From positions 23,544,612 to 23,608,611 of the forward strand of contig NC_057718.1 of assembly GCF_004010195.1 (NCBI RefSeq): 64,000 nt of DNA. The letters are read 5' to 3'. The translations under genes were made by a program, and so were the position numbers. The notes beneath the pieces are model-generated. The model was not told the origin of the DNA, did no database searches, and was given only the letters and a program-made list of their open reading frames with translations. This stretch comes from Chiloscyllium plagiosum. Taxonomy: Eukaryota. This document shows, piece by piece, positions 1-12,292 of the stretch (its first letter is position 1; every line of letters begins with the position of its first letter).

Positions 1-585
1 GTGCCAGAGACCTGGTCACTGCAGCTTACCCCTGCTAGGCTGTCCCCCCCACCAGTATCCAAAGCGGTATACCTATTGTTTAGGGGAACGACCACAGGGG
101 ATCCCTTCACTGCCTGCTTCCTCTCCTTCCCACCTCTAACTGTTACCCAGCTACCTCTGTTCTCTGTCGTAACCATGTCCCTGTCGCTTCTATCTATCAC
201 CCTCTCAGCGTCTCGAATAATCCTCAGTTCATCGAACTCCAGTTACAGTTCCTTAACTCGTTCTGTGAGGAGCAGGATCTGACTGCATTTCCTGCAGATG
301 AAGTCGGCAGGAGTATCGGTGGTCACCCCTACCTCAAACATCCTGCAGGAGGAACATTCCACTGCCTGCGCTGCCATTACTCTACACTTCGTCTCCAAAA
401 CAAGAACACTGAGTAGCTTACCTGTGGACTTTAAAGTTAGGTTAGAGGAGGAGGATGGGAGGGAGGCCCTACTATGTAGGGCCTGGGGTCTAGAACACAC
501 CCACTCAAATATCAATCACTTACCTTCCCGACTAGCTCTGGGCTCCAACTTCACTTCCGCCCAGCTCGCGCCGCTCTCTGCTGTG
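1..585 (-). mobile_element. CR1-clade LINE, 5' end (5'UTR + ORF1 N-terminus), runs off window start
   Basis: Minus-strand ORF1 from ATG at 377: MAAQAVECSSCRMFEV...DFICRKCSQILLLTERVKEL, the CxxC..CxxC zinc finger plus coiled coil typical of vertebrate CR1 ORF1. Confidence 0.8.
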
Positions 586-1450
586 AAAATGTTTAGAATT
601 TAATTTCAGTTTCAGCCAGTGGTCACAATGTTGGTGTTTTTTTAATCTCCTTCAAGTGTTCTTTCTCATGTCAATTTAGAGGCCGCAAATACTTGGACAT
701 AAACTTTTCTTTTGAAAGGTGACATAGGAGTTTGAGTATTAATGACTAAAGTACAGGAAAGGTGTGATTATATTCCATAACAAGGTGCTTTTCATGTCGA
801 GACAGAATATCTGTTGTTTTATAATAGAAGTGGTACCAACTAACAATGTCAGAGAATGTGTTACCAGGTGTAAATTAGTCTTTTGAAGGCAGCATGCTTT
901 GCCTGAGGTTTCTAATAAATTATGTATATATGTAGAAACCAATTTGAGTCTTGAAGTTATATTGTTTGAGGTCCGAGTTACAGATATAATGTTCAAATCA
1001 ATTACCACAAAATATCCTTTCATATTAAACAAATTAATGACATAATCAGGTCATCTAGACAGATGTTCAAAGTAAGAGATCTTTGTAAGCTGTATTTTAA
1101 TCTAATTTCCATCTGTAAGCTCTATTTCCCCATTTGGGATACAATCCCAATGTCAGTCTCAATTTCCATTTGGAATTCTGGAGGTATCTTTGGTGGCTGA
1201 CCTGACCGTGGATCATTCTTCCGGATGGACCTATCCAGATTTAATTGCAATTAATTTTTTGCTTTTATAAAAGACATAGAAATGTTTGTCTGTGCTTGTG
1301 TGTCTTCATCTGTCATGAAAGAAGATTTAATTTTTCTGATGTTTTCTTACTGTGAAAGCTATGGTGAAAGATTTCTGCTGTGCTTTGGAATTAAGATTGG
1401 AGAAGTCCTGGCAGCGAGAGGGGTTAGCTTCTGATTCTAAGAGAGGACTC

Positions 1451-1750
1451 TTTTGTGTGCAGTTCTGCAATCACATCATAGGAAGGATGGGATTTGTTCT
1501 GGAAAGGGTGTAGAGGGGATGTACCAAGATGCTGCCTGGACTGGAGAGTTTGAGTTATGAAGAGACATTGGATAGTCTGGAGTTGGTATCCTTTGAGCAA
1601 ATGAGATTGGGAGGGGTCATGATTGAAATGTATAAAATTATAAGAAGGATAGATTAAGAGAAAGGGAGAAAGATCTGCCCCTGATGGGTAGATCAGTGAC
1701 CGGGACATTGATTAAGGGAAAGAAAGCATGGTTAAGAAGGTATTTATGAG
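1451..1750 (+). mobile_element. Old, diverged CR1 ORF2 C-terminal fragment
   Basis: Decayed CVQF..HHRKD..LERV...RMLPGLE.LSYEE.LD.L.L.S.E..RL.G.MIE.YKI motif (tgtgtgcagttctg...gagtttgagttatgaagagacattggatag). Confidence 0.75.
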
Positions 1751-1756
1751 GAGATA

Positions 1757-1863
1757 GTGAGGTCTGCAGATGCTGGAGATCAGAGCTGAAAATGTGTTGC
1801 TGGAAAAGCGCAGCAGGTCAGGCAGCATCCAGGGAACAGGAGAATCGATGTTTCGGGCATAAG
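1757..1863 (-). mobile_element. Penelope-like element terminal repeat fragment (hammerhead 3' half only)
   Basis: Near-identical to the left arm of 43731-43934; minus strand reads cttatgcccGAAAcatcgattctcc... Confidence 0.75.
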
Positions 1864-1865
1864 AT

Positions 1866-2497
1866 TCGGGCATTTAGTATGCTTGCCTTCTTTGCTGAGA
1901 CCTTTGAGTATAGGAGCTGGGCCATCATGTGAGGTTGTACAGGATGTTGGTGAGACCTCTTCTGGAATAGTGTGTGCAGTTCTGGTCGCCCTGTTATAGG
2001 AATGATATAATTAAACTGGAAAGGGCTCAGTAAAGAATTGTCAGGATGTTGCTGGGAATGGAGAGCTTGAGATATCAAAATAGACTGGAAAGGCTGGGAC
2101 TTTGTTCACTGAGCGTAGGAGGTTGAGCAATAATTTTAGGGGTTTATAAAATCATGAGGGTCATAGATAAGGTGAATGACAGGGTCTTTTTCCCGAGACT
2201 GGGTGAGTTCAAAACTAGAGGGCATATTTTTAAGGTGAGAGGAGAAAGATTTAAAAAGGACACGAGAGGCAACTATTTAACAGAGTTTGTGTGTGGAATG
2301 AACTGCCTGAGAAAGTGGTGGTTGCAGGTACAGTTACAATGTTGAAAAAACATTTGGATAGTTCATGAATTGGAAAGATTTGGAGAGATATAAGCCAGGT
2401 GCAGGTGAGACAAGTTTAGTTTGGAACATGGTCGGCATGGACTAATTAGACTGAAGGGTCTGTTTCTGTGCTGCATGACACTATGACTATATGACTA
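1866..2497 (+). mobile_element. CR1 (HER1-like) LINE 3' end
   Basis: Decayed ORF2 C-terminus (FFPRLGEFKTRGHIFKVRGERFKKD), 3'UTR ggtcggcatggac...gaagggtctgtttctgtgctg, tail (ctatga)n. Confidence 0.9.
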
Positions 2498-2649
2498 AAT
2501 TCTGTGGTAGCTGGGAGAGAAAAAAACTGGAAAATCACATTGACAAGTTGTCGTAGATAGAGTCATAAAGTCATAGAGATGTACAGCATGAAAACAGATG
2601 CTTCAATCCAACCCGTCCATGCCAATCAGATATCCCAACCCAATTTTGT

Positions 2650-5301
2650 CCCTCCTGCCAGCACCTGGCCCATATCCCTCCAAACCCTTCCTATTCATAT
2701 ACCCATCCAAATGCCTTTTAAATGTGACAATTGTGCCCCTTAGGTCTCTTTTATATCTTTCCCCTCTCACCCTAAATCTATGCCCTCTAGTTCTGGACTC
2801 CCTGACCCCAGGGAAAAGACTTTGTTTATTTATCCTATCTATGCCTCTCATAATTTTGTAAACCTCTGTAAGGTCACCCCTCAGCCTCTGATACTCCAGG
2901 GAAAACAGCTCCAGCCTTTTCAGCCTCTCCCTATAGCTCAAATCCTCCAACCCTGGCAACATCCTTGTAAATCTTCCCTGAACCCTTTCAAGTTTCACAA
3001 CATCTTTCTGATAGGAAAACACTCTCTAGGACCTTGCCATTAAGTGTATAGGTCCTGCTAAGATTTGCTTTCCCAAAATGCAGCACCCCACATTTATCTG
3101 AACTAAATACCATCTGCCACTTCTCAGCCCATTAGCCCATCTGATCAAGATACTGTTGTAATCTGAGGTAATCTTCTTTGCTGTCCACTACACCTCAAAT
3201 TTTGGTGTTATCTGCAAACTTACTAACTGTACCTCTTATGCTCACATCCAAATCATTTATATAAATGACAAAAAGTAGAGGACCCAGCACGATCCTTGTG
3301 GCACTCCACTGGTCACAGGCCTCTAGTCTGAAAAACAACCCTCCACCACCACCCTCTGTCTTCTACATTTGAGCCAGTTCTGTATCCAAATGGCTAGCTC
3401 TCCCTGTATTCCATGAGATCTAATCTTGCTAACCAGTCACCCATGGGGAACCTTGTTGAATGCCTTACTGAAATCCAGATAGATCACATTCCCTGCTCTG
3501 CCCTCATCAATCCTCTTTGTTACTTCTTCAAAAAGCTCTATCAAGTTTGTGAGACATGATTTCCCATGCACAAAGCCATGTTGTCTATCCCTAATCAGTC
3601 CTTAGCTTTCCAAATACATGTATATCCTGTCCCTCAGGAGTCCCTCCAACAACTTGCCCATCATTGACGTCAGGCTCACTGGTCTATTGTTCCTTGTCTT
3701 GTCCTTACCACCCTTCTTAAACAGTGGCACCACGCTAGCCAATCTCCAGTCTTCCGGCACCTCACCTGTGACTATTGATGGTACAAATATCTCAGCAAGA
3801 GGCCCAGCAATCACTTCTCTAGCTTCCCACAGAGTTCTAGGGTACACCTGATCATGTCCTGGGGATTTATCCACCTTTATGAATCTCAAGACATCCAGCA
3901 CTTCCTCCTCAGTAATATCGACATTTTTCAAGATGTCACCATCCATTTACTTACATTCTATATCTTCCATATCCTTTTCCACAGTAAATACTGATGCAAA
4001 ATACTCCTTTAGTATCTCCCCCATTTTCTGCAGCTCCACACAAAGGCCGCCTTGCTGATCTTTGAGGGGCCCTATTCTCTTCCTACTTACCCTTTTGTCC
4101 TGAGTGTATTTGTAAAAACCCTTTGGATTCTCCTTAATTCTATTTGCCAAAGTTATCTCATGTCCCCTTTTTGCCCTCCTGATTTCCCTCTTAAGTGTAC
4201 TCCTACTGCCTTTATACTCCTCTGAGGATTCACCCAAAATCTGCTGTTTATACCTGATATATGCTTCCTTCTTTTTCTTAACCAAATCCTCAATTTCTTT
4301 AGTCATCTCAGCATTCCCTATACCTACCAGCCTTTCCTTTCACTCTGACAGGAATATACTTTCTCTGGATTCTCGTTATCTCATTTCTGAAGACTTCCCA
4401 TTTTCCAGCCGTTCTTTTATCTGAAAACATCTGCCCCCAATCAGCTTTCGAAAGTTCTTGCCTAATCCCATCAAAGTTGGCCTTTCTCCAATTTAGAACT
4501 TCAACTTTTAGATCTGGTCTACCCTATTCCATCACTATTTTAAATCTAATAGAATTATAGTCGCTGGCCCCAAAGTACTCCCCCACTGACACCTCAGTCA
4601 CCTGCCCTGCCTTATTTCCCAAGAGTCGGTCAAGTTTTGCACCTTCTCTCGTAGGTACATCCACATACTGAATCAGAAAATGTTCTTGTACACACTTAAC
4701 AAATTCTTCTCCATCTAAACCCTTAACACTATGGCAGAACCAGTGTATGTTTGGAAAGTTAAAATCCCCCACCATAACCACCCTATTATTCTTACCGATA
4801 GCTGAGATCTCCTTACAAATCTGTTTCTCAATTTCCCTCTGACATTTAGGGGGTCTATAATACAATCCCAATAAGTTGATCATCCCATTTCTTATTTCTC
4901 AGTTCTACCCAAGTAACCTCCCTGGATGTCTTTCCAGGAATATTCCCCCCAAGCACAGCTGTAACGCTATCCCTTATCAAAAACACCACTCCCCCTCCTC
5001 TCTTGCCTCCCTTTCTGTCTGTACTGTAGCATTTGTATCCTGGAACATTAAGTTGCCAGTCCTGCCCATCCCTGAGCCATGTCTCTGTAATTGCTATGAT
5101 ATCCCAGTCCCATGTTCCTAACCATGCCCTGAGTTCATCTGCCTTCCCTGTTAGGCCCCTTGCATTGAAATAAATGCAGTTTAATTTATTAGTCCTACCT
5201 TGTCCCTGCCTGCCCTGACTGTTTGACTCACTTCTGTTCTCAACTGTATCCATCTCAGATCGATCTCTTTCCTCACTATCTCCCTGGGTCCTACCCCCCA
5301 C
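2650..5301 (-). pseudogene. CR1 ORF2 (APE endonuclease + reverse transcriptase), frameshifted with internal deletions
   Basis: ORF-track pieces 4855-5301, 4524-4883, 3947-4306, 3602-3946 and 2603-3022 are consecutive parts of one ORF2. Confidence 0.9.
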
Positions 5302-5304
5302 CTT

Positions 5305-7213
5305 ATTAGTTTAAATCCTCCCGAGTAGCTCTAGCAAATTTCCCTGCCTGTGTATTTGTCCCCTTCCAATTTAGGTGCAATCCGTCCTTCATACAGGTCA
5401 CTTCTACCCCAAAAGAGATTCCAATGATCCAAAAATGTGAATCCTTCTCCCATACACCAGCTCCTCAGCCATGCATTCATCTGCTCTGTCCTCCTTTCCT
5501 GCCCTCACTAGCTTGTAGCACCGGGATTAATCTAGATATTACTACTCTCGAGGACCTCCCTTTTAAATGCCTGCCTAACTCTCTGTAATCTCCCTTCAGA
5601 ATCTCAGCCTTTTCCCTTCCTATGTCATTGGTTCCAATGTAGACAATGACCTTTTGCTGGCCCCTCTCCCCCTTGAGAACATTCTACACTGTCTCTGAGA
5701 CACCTTTGATCCTGGCACCAAGGAAGCAACACACCATTCTGATATTTCGCTGCTGGCCACAGAAACATCTGTCTGTACCTCGGACTAGAGAGTCCGCTAA
5801 CACAATTGATCTCTTGGACCCCGACGTACCCCTCATTGCATTAGAGCCAGTCTCAATACTGTTCACATTATATATTAATGATCTGGATGAAGGGACTGGG
5901 GGCATTCTAGCGACGTTTGCCGATGATACAAAGTTAGGTGGACAGGCAGGTAGTACTGAGGAAGTGGGGAGGCTGCAGAAGGATCTAGACAGTTTGGAGG
6001 AGTGGTCCAGGAAATGGCTGATGGAATTCAATGTGAGCAAATGCGAGGTCTTGCACTTTGGAATAGAAGCATGGATTACTTTCTAAACGGTGAGAAAATT
6101 CATAAAGCCAAAGTGCAGAGGGATCTGGGAGTGCTAGTTGAGGATTCTCTGAAGGTAAACATGCATGTTGAGTCCGTTCATAAGAAAGCGAATGCAATGT
6201 TGTCAATTATCTCAAGAGGGTTGGAATATAAAAGCACTGTTGTGCTCTGGTTATAAAGCTCTGGTTAGGCCCCATTTGGAGTACTGTGTCCAGTTTTGGT
6301 CCCCACACCTCAGGAAGGACATACTGGCACTGGAGCGTGTCCAGCGGAGATTCACACGGATGATCCCTGGAATGGTAGATCTAACATATAAGGAACGGCT
6401 GAGGATCCTGGGATTGTATTCATTGGAGTTTAGAAGATTAAGGGGAGATCTAATGGAAACTTACAAGATAATACATGGCTTGGAGAGTGTCGACGCTAGG
6501 AAATTGTTTCCGTTAGGCAAGGAGACTAGGACCCGTGGACACAGCCTTAGAATTAGAGGGGGTAAATTCAGAACAGAAATGCGGAGACATTTCTTCAGCC
6601 AGAGAGTGGTGGGCCTGTGGAATTCATTGCCGCAGAGTGCAGTGGAGGCTGGGACGCTAAATGTCTTCAAGGCAGAAATTGATAAATTCTTGATGTCACA
6701 AGGAATTAAGGGCTACGGGGAGAATGTGGGTAAGTGGAGTTGAAATGCCCATCAGCCATGATTGAATGGCGGAGTGGACTCGATGGGCCAAATGGCCTTA
6801 CTTCTGCTCCTATGTCTTATGGTCTTATGGTAATACCAGAAACTTGGTTGTTTGTGCTAAGTTCCCCTGAGAATCTATCACCCCTACATTTTCCAAAACA
6901 GCATAATTGTTTGAAATGGGATAGTCACAAAAAACTCCTGCACTCGGTGCTTACCTTTCTTACCTTTCCTGGAGTTAACCCATCTATGCGACTGTATCTG
7001 AGACTTTCCTTCCTTCCTATAACCGCCATCCATCAAATGCTGTTGCTGTTGCAAATTCCTCATTGACTCTAACTGTCTCTCCAATCGATGCATTTGATCT
7101 GATAGGATTCACAACCAACAGCAGTTATTGCAGATTTAATCCGCAATAACGCTTAAACTCTCTTTAAACTCCCACATCTGACAAGAAGTGCATATTACTC
7201 TACTGAAGGCCAT
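5305..7213 (-). pseudogene. CR1 ORF1 (zinc finger, coiled coil, SGNH/GDSL esterase), split by insertion 5860-6831
   Basis: Coiled coil HRLERQLESMRNLQQQQH (6884-7093 ORF) and esterase motif DSLVRGTDR in the 5684-6040 ORF. Confidence 0.8.
5860..6831 (+). mobile_element. 5'-truncated CR1 LINE nested in opposite orientation
   Basis: RT motifs LFTLYINDLD, FADDTKL, LVRPHLEYCVQFWSP, TRGHSLRIRG; tail (tcttatgg)n; flanked by aatac at 5855-5859 and 6832-6836. Confidence 0.93.
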
Positions 7214-7577
7214 TTTTGCTCCCTCACAATCTACAGACCCAGAAAACAACACCGTCTTATTCCTCTAAAAAACACTGCCCCAGGTTAAACTAATAGTTAT
7301 GGCTTATAATTTAAGTTTAATCAAGAGACATATCTCAAAAAACATATAATCAAGAAAGGATCCACTCTACTCAGTACTGCAGACTTTCTGTAGGCCACAC
7401 TTAAAACAATTCACTTATTTGTTTCTGTGCTGTGAACTTTGCCCAACAGTTCCTCCAAGATCAGTTGTGAATTTCACAGTTTGTTAATTTTCCCAGACGC
7501 ACTCCGATGACCAGCAGTACATGAATTCAAACAGCATAGACAGTAACTGTGCAGAAACACTGTGGTGTCAGTTTCTT

Positions 7578-7603
7578 TCTCTCTCTCTCTCTCTCTCTCT
7601 CTC
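7578..7603. repeat. (TC)n microsatellite inside the CR1 5'UTR
   Basis: Direct reading. Confidence 0.95.
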
Positions 7604-7820
7604 CCCTGCACTGGCCTCACCATGTGCTTCCTTTGTCTGTTCTTCTTCCTTTTAAAAGTGCTGTTGTTTTGATTTTCTTTTACCCAAAATTCCAAAACAA
7701 TGCAACAGCATATAAAACAGTAATTGATGCTCCTGGAATTCGAGGAAATCACCTCCAACACCTCAAAAATGGAGCAGCTGTTACAGCCAGAAATTTTTCC
7801 CGTCCTCCATCTTGGATTAC

Positions 7821-10004
7821 CCAGAATTGTTTTCCAAAGAGAGAAAATTCACTACAAACTTAATTTTCAGTCTTCTGGAAAAATCTCAGTTGATGAAAAT
7901 AAAGAGAAATAAGGAAAGTAGTCAAGGTGAGAGATATTTTTGCTCCCCCACCCCCACCCCCGCAACCCCACGACACTGTCAAGAATACAGAGAAGCAGAG
8001 ATTAAAAACAAACTTCCCTCTGGTTTGCGTGTGTTAGAGACCTGATGGCCTCATGTATGGAATAGTGAGCTGCAAGGGCCATATCGCTGAGAACATCCCT
8101 GCACTGCCGGTGAAGAAACGGGAGGGAATCTGTCAGCCACTGCTGAAAGGAATCAGTTTCAATCAACCTACAAAGTCAAGAATCCCAAAATCGGCTGTTC
8201 AATTACTAATATCCAAGGCATTGGTTAACATCCACTACAATGGCCACAGCATTCAACTATCCACAGCATCTTGGTACATCCCCTCTGCATCCTCTCCAGA
8301 GCAAATCCCTTCCTTCCTAAGATGTGATTGCAGAACTGCACACAAAAGAGTCATCTCTCAGATTCAAAAGCCAGCCCATCTCACTGCCAGGACTGCTCCA
8401 ACCTTAATTCCAAAGCACAGCAGAAATCTTTCACCGTAGCTTTCACATTAAGAAAACAGTCAGAAAAATCAAGCCTTCTTTCATGACAGATGAAGACACA
8501 CAAACACAGACAAACATCTGCAGTCAACCTTTAATTGTTTGTCTTTTATAATCTCTCAAAAACAAATGAGAGACTAATTTGTTTGTCCTTTTTTAATTTG
8601 TATCTTTTGGACTCAAGTCATATATCTACTCTATGTGTACATGTTTTAAGTAACTATTTATTCTTGCAATTTTATCATTAATAAACCCTCTCTTTCTTTT
8701 AATTCAAGAAAACCTGACTAAATTGGATCCTTTTAAACCAATAGTTCATTTTGGGGCTGGAAGATTCCCCACGGTAGACTATTGCACAAAATATGGAGGC
8801 ATGGGATTGAAGTGATTTAATGGTTTGGATTGGAAATTTGCTAGCTGAAAGAAGACAGAGGGTAATGGTTGATGTTCATCCTGGAGTTCAGTTACTAGTG
8901 GTGTACCGCAAGGATCTGTTTTGGGTCCATTGTTGTTTGTCATTTTTATAAATGACCTGGATGAGGGCATAAAAGAATGGATTAGTAAATTTGTGGATGA
9001 CACTAAGGTCAGTACAGTTGTGGGTAGAGACAAAGGATGTTGTGGGTTACAGAGGGACATGGATAAGCTGCAGAGCTGGGCTGAGAGGTGGCAAATGGAG
9101 TTTAATGCAGAAAAGTGTGAGGTCATTCACTATGGAAGGAGTAACAGGAACGCAGAGTACTGGGCTCATGGTGAGATTCTTGATAGTGTAGATGAGCAGA
9201 GAGAGCTCAGTGTCCATGTACATAGATCCCTCAAAGTTGCCACCCAGGTTGATAGGGCTGTTAAGAAGGTATACAGTGTGTTAGCTTTTATTAGTAGAGG
9301 GATCAAGTTTCGGAACAATGAAGTCATGCTGCAGTTGTACAAAACTCTGGTGTGGCTGCACTTGGAGTATTGGGTGCAGCTCTGGTGACTGCATTATAGA
9401 AACAATGTGGAAGCTTTGGAAAAGGTTCAGAGGACATTTACTAGGATGTTGCCTGGTATGGAGGGAATGTCCTATGAGAAAAGTTTAAGAACTTGAGGCT
9501 GTTTTCGTTAGAGAGAAGAAGGTTGAGAGGTAACTTAATAGAAACATACAAGATGGTCAGAGGGTTAGATTGGGTGGACAGTGAGAGCCTTTTTCCTAGG
9601 ATGGTGATGGATAGCACAAAGGGGCATAGCTTCATACTGAGAGGTGATAGATGTAGGACAGATGTCAGAGGTAGGTTCTTTACTCAGAGAGTAGTGGGGG
9701 TATGGAACGCACTGCCTGCAACAATTGTAGACTCGCCAACTTTACAGGCATTTGAATGGTGATTGGATAGGCATGTGGAAGAGAATGGAATAGTGTAGGT
9801 TAGATGGGTTTCAGATTGGTTCCACAGTGCGGTGCAACATCGAAGACCGAAGGGCCTGTACTGTGCTGTAATTTTCTATGTTCCACGTTCTATATTCTCA
9901 GGAAAGAGTGCACAGAGATAGAATCCTTTTTACAAATAACGTGTTGTGACCAAATGCGACCCACATAGGGACCAATTTCATCCATTCTCAACCAGGAGCT
10001 TAAC
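7821..10004 (+). mobile_element. Possible decayed LTR, interrupted by CR1 8765-9898
   Basis: AATAAA at ~8680 in a T-rich U5-like context; the sequence resumes after the CR1 and ends ...aggagcttaaca (CA end). 5' boundary not identified. Confidence 0.3.
8765..9898 (+). mobile_element. 5'-truncated CR1 LINE (RT and 3' end)
   Basis: GVPQGSVLGPLLFVIFINDLD, FVDDTKV, FNAEKCEV, LYKTLV..HLEY; tail (ttctatg)n. Confidence 0.93.
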
Positions 10005-11884
10005 AGTTTGATGTGTAACAAATTCGGCCCTTGCCTGGCAGCTCGTCATGACAGGGGATATTGTGCAATTATGAAGTCACTTCCAGGAATACCATCCAAT
10101 TAAAGATGGCAAGCAAGTTCCAGATTTGGGATGTCCATGGTGGGGTTTGATGGGTTCTGTAGGTCACAGGCTGTCCTTGCATTCTACATACCACTGAATG
10201 GGACAGGAGCAGGAGTGCCAGCAGCTCCATTATAATATAATGCAATATGTTAAACTAAGTCATATAAAAGGGTAACTGTAATAGATGTCGTGGAAGGAAG
10301 TGACACACACTCATGATCTGAGAGTCAAGAGAAAGTAGAATGGACAGTAACTAATCTAAAGGAGTATTCTCATGTTCATAAGCATTATAGTAAAGTTAGA
10401 TTGTTTTGTACTAAGTAGTCTTTGAGAATCATTTGAAACTAGTCCAACCCAACAACATAGTAATACACCCATGACAGTATCTTCAATAGGAGCTGCGATT
10501 GCAGCAAGAGTAGATACCTCAGTCACAATGAAGTGACTGTGTAGCAGACCTTCCACATGAAGAGATCAGAGAATTATGATTGATGCTGGTAATTTATTGA
10601 TAGGTCTCACATGATTCATGGTTCAGGACTACTCAAGTGAAGCTGCCTCTGTTTCTACACTATCTAAAATATTTCAATCGCCTTTTTCACAATTGGTGTC
10701 GGTTGCTGAATTGAACATTTCTCCTCACTCTTCAGATCGCAGTCTGTTTGTGCTCAGATTGTTGGGAATACTGAGTGATCACTGTCCAGTTGTTCAGTGA
10801 GGCATCTGTAACCACACAAACATTGCAACCAATGGTCTAACTCCTTAACTAACTACACTTGGAACCATGAGGAAACAGAATAATCAGAATGAGAGAGTGA
10901 AATCCAGTAAATTAAATAGATGCAGAAAAAGGAAATGGAGTGAATTAAGACAGAGGAAGAAGAAGAAAGAAAGCAAGAGAAAGTACAAAAACTATTTTAC
11001 ATGAGCAAGGAGAAGCAGAGGGCATTATAACCCATTGTCTTTGCAAATTGTTGCACTGTTATTAATGCTTGAATGGCAACATAGATATGCAAAATGTACA
11101 AACATTTCCACTCATTTACTGTGTTCCAAAATTATTTTCTGAAAGAACTCCACCTCATTTACATTTCAGAATGTCAAAACAGCTTGACATCCTGAAAATT
11201 ATTGCTTTCTGACAATAACAGAAATGTGGACAGCATGACAAGTGCTAAAGTACTGCCAGAAATAGACTTTTTAAACAGATTGTAAAATGTATTGGAACAA
11301 GTCACTGTCAGCAGGTGGGAGAATCGATATCTTCATCTGTTCCCTTCCTGGGCCTCGAAGGTCAGGTTTCATGTCTGGGTCACAAATCACATCAATACCG
11401 CGGTCCTTATGCCATCAATTATTAGCCCGAAATGGCTGTGCGGTCAGATTAACAGTGTGAATACAACAATATCATGACATATAATGATCATTAATGGGGA
11501 GGTCACCGTTGAAAGTTTGTTGAAGTTTAATAGCAGGGCAGCTCACATTGTTCAACAACTTGTGAAGAATCAGAAGTCATTGACATACCTCTTTACCATG
11601 AAGTATGAGATTATTTTATGAATAATAATGCTAGATGCTGATAATTCACTATTTTTTCCATAGCAATTTCTGTGTCAGTAATGCATTCAGTAGCGAACTT
11701 ACTCAATGTGTGTGTTTGTTTCAAAAAGTAAAATGCTTAGCTTACAAGGCTGATTTTTATTAGGAACATGAAGTGCACATATCTAATGGCTGTTTTACCA
11801 CGTTCCAAAATAATGAATGATGCAATTGTTCTTGCTCTAACATTCATGCATTGAAATGCAAGACCATTAAGAAACTCCAAGTTA

Positions 11885-12050
11885 TTATAGAATCCCTACA
11901 GTGCAGAAAGAGGCCATTTGGCCCACTGAGTCACTGATCCTCTGAAGAGCAACCCACCCAGACCAATCCACCCTATTCCCATAACCCTGCATTTACCATG
12001 GATAATCCACCAAGACTGCACATCCCTGGACACTACAGGGCAATTTAACA
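11885..12050 (-). mobile_element. HE1/V-SINE 3' fragment
   Basis: Reverse complement of the HE1 3' half (gaatccctacagtgcagaaagaggccatttggccc...gggcaatttaacatg). Confidence 0.75.
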
Positions 12051-12082
12051 TGTTTGTCTTTTCTTTGAAGCTATATTTTGAA

Positions 12083-12292
12083 TCAGTTTAGCTCTGTTGG
12101 CTGGATTGTTGGTTTGCAAAACAGTGTGATGCCAACAGCGTGGATTCAATTCCCTTCACTGGTTTGAGATTACCACAAAGGACTCTCCTTCTCAATCTCT
12201 TCTCTTGCTTGAGGTCTAGTGGCCCTCAGGTTAAATCACCACCAGTCGCTTCTTTCTAATGAGAGTGCAGCCCCTGTAACACTTTGGTGACA
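12083..12292 (+). mobile_element. tRNA-derived SINE (distinct family; a similar head lies at ~52385-52480)
   Basis: A-box-like ttagctctgttggctgg and B-box-like ggattcaattccc. Confidence 0.55.

Larger units (their letters stand above)
2553..7820 (-). mobile_element. Near full-length CR1 LINE (5'UTR, ORF1, ORF2 APE-RT, 3' tail), decayed and interrupted by a nested CR1
   Basis: Colinear minus-strand ORF fragments: ORF1 from ATG 7213; esterase IVLADSLVRGTDR..CG..RMVCC.LGARI; APE CIYFNARGL..IIAITETWL, GLYYRPP, MVGDFNFP; RT KSPGHDQVYPR, VVPLFKKG..RPVSLTS; C-terminus TRGHRFRVRGER; tail (ctatgact)n at ~2553-2580. Confidence 0.93.

Noticed and set aside
5646..6086. 146-aa ORF as a novel gene
   Set aside because: Chimera of antisense CR1 ORF1 and the RT of the nested CR1.
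6165..6743. Longest ORF (192 aa) as a functional CDS
   Set aside because: C-terminus of a 5'-truncated, frameshifted CR1 ORF2.
1282..8517. Large foldback transposon bounded by the 254-bp inverted repeats
   Set aside because: No TSD at the outer ends, and the repeat includes part of an old CR1; a local templated duplication fits better.
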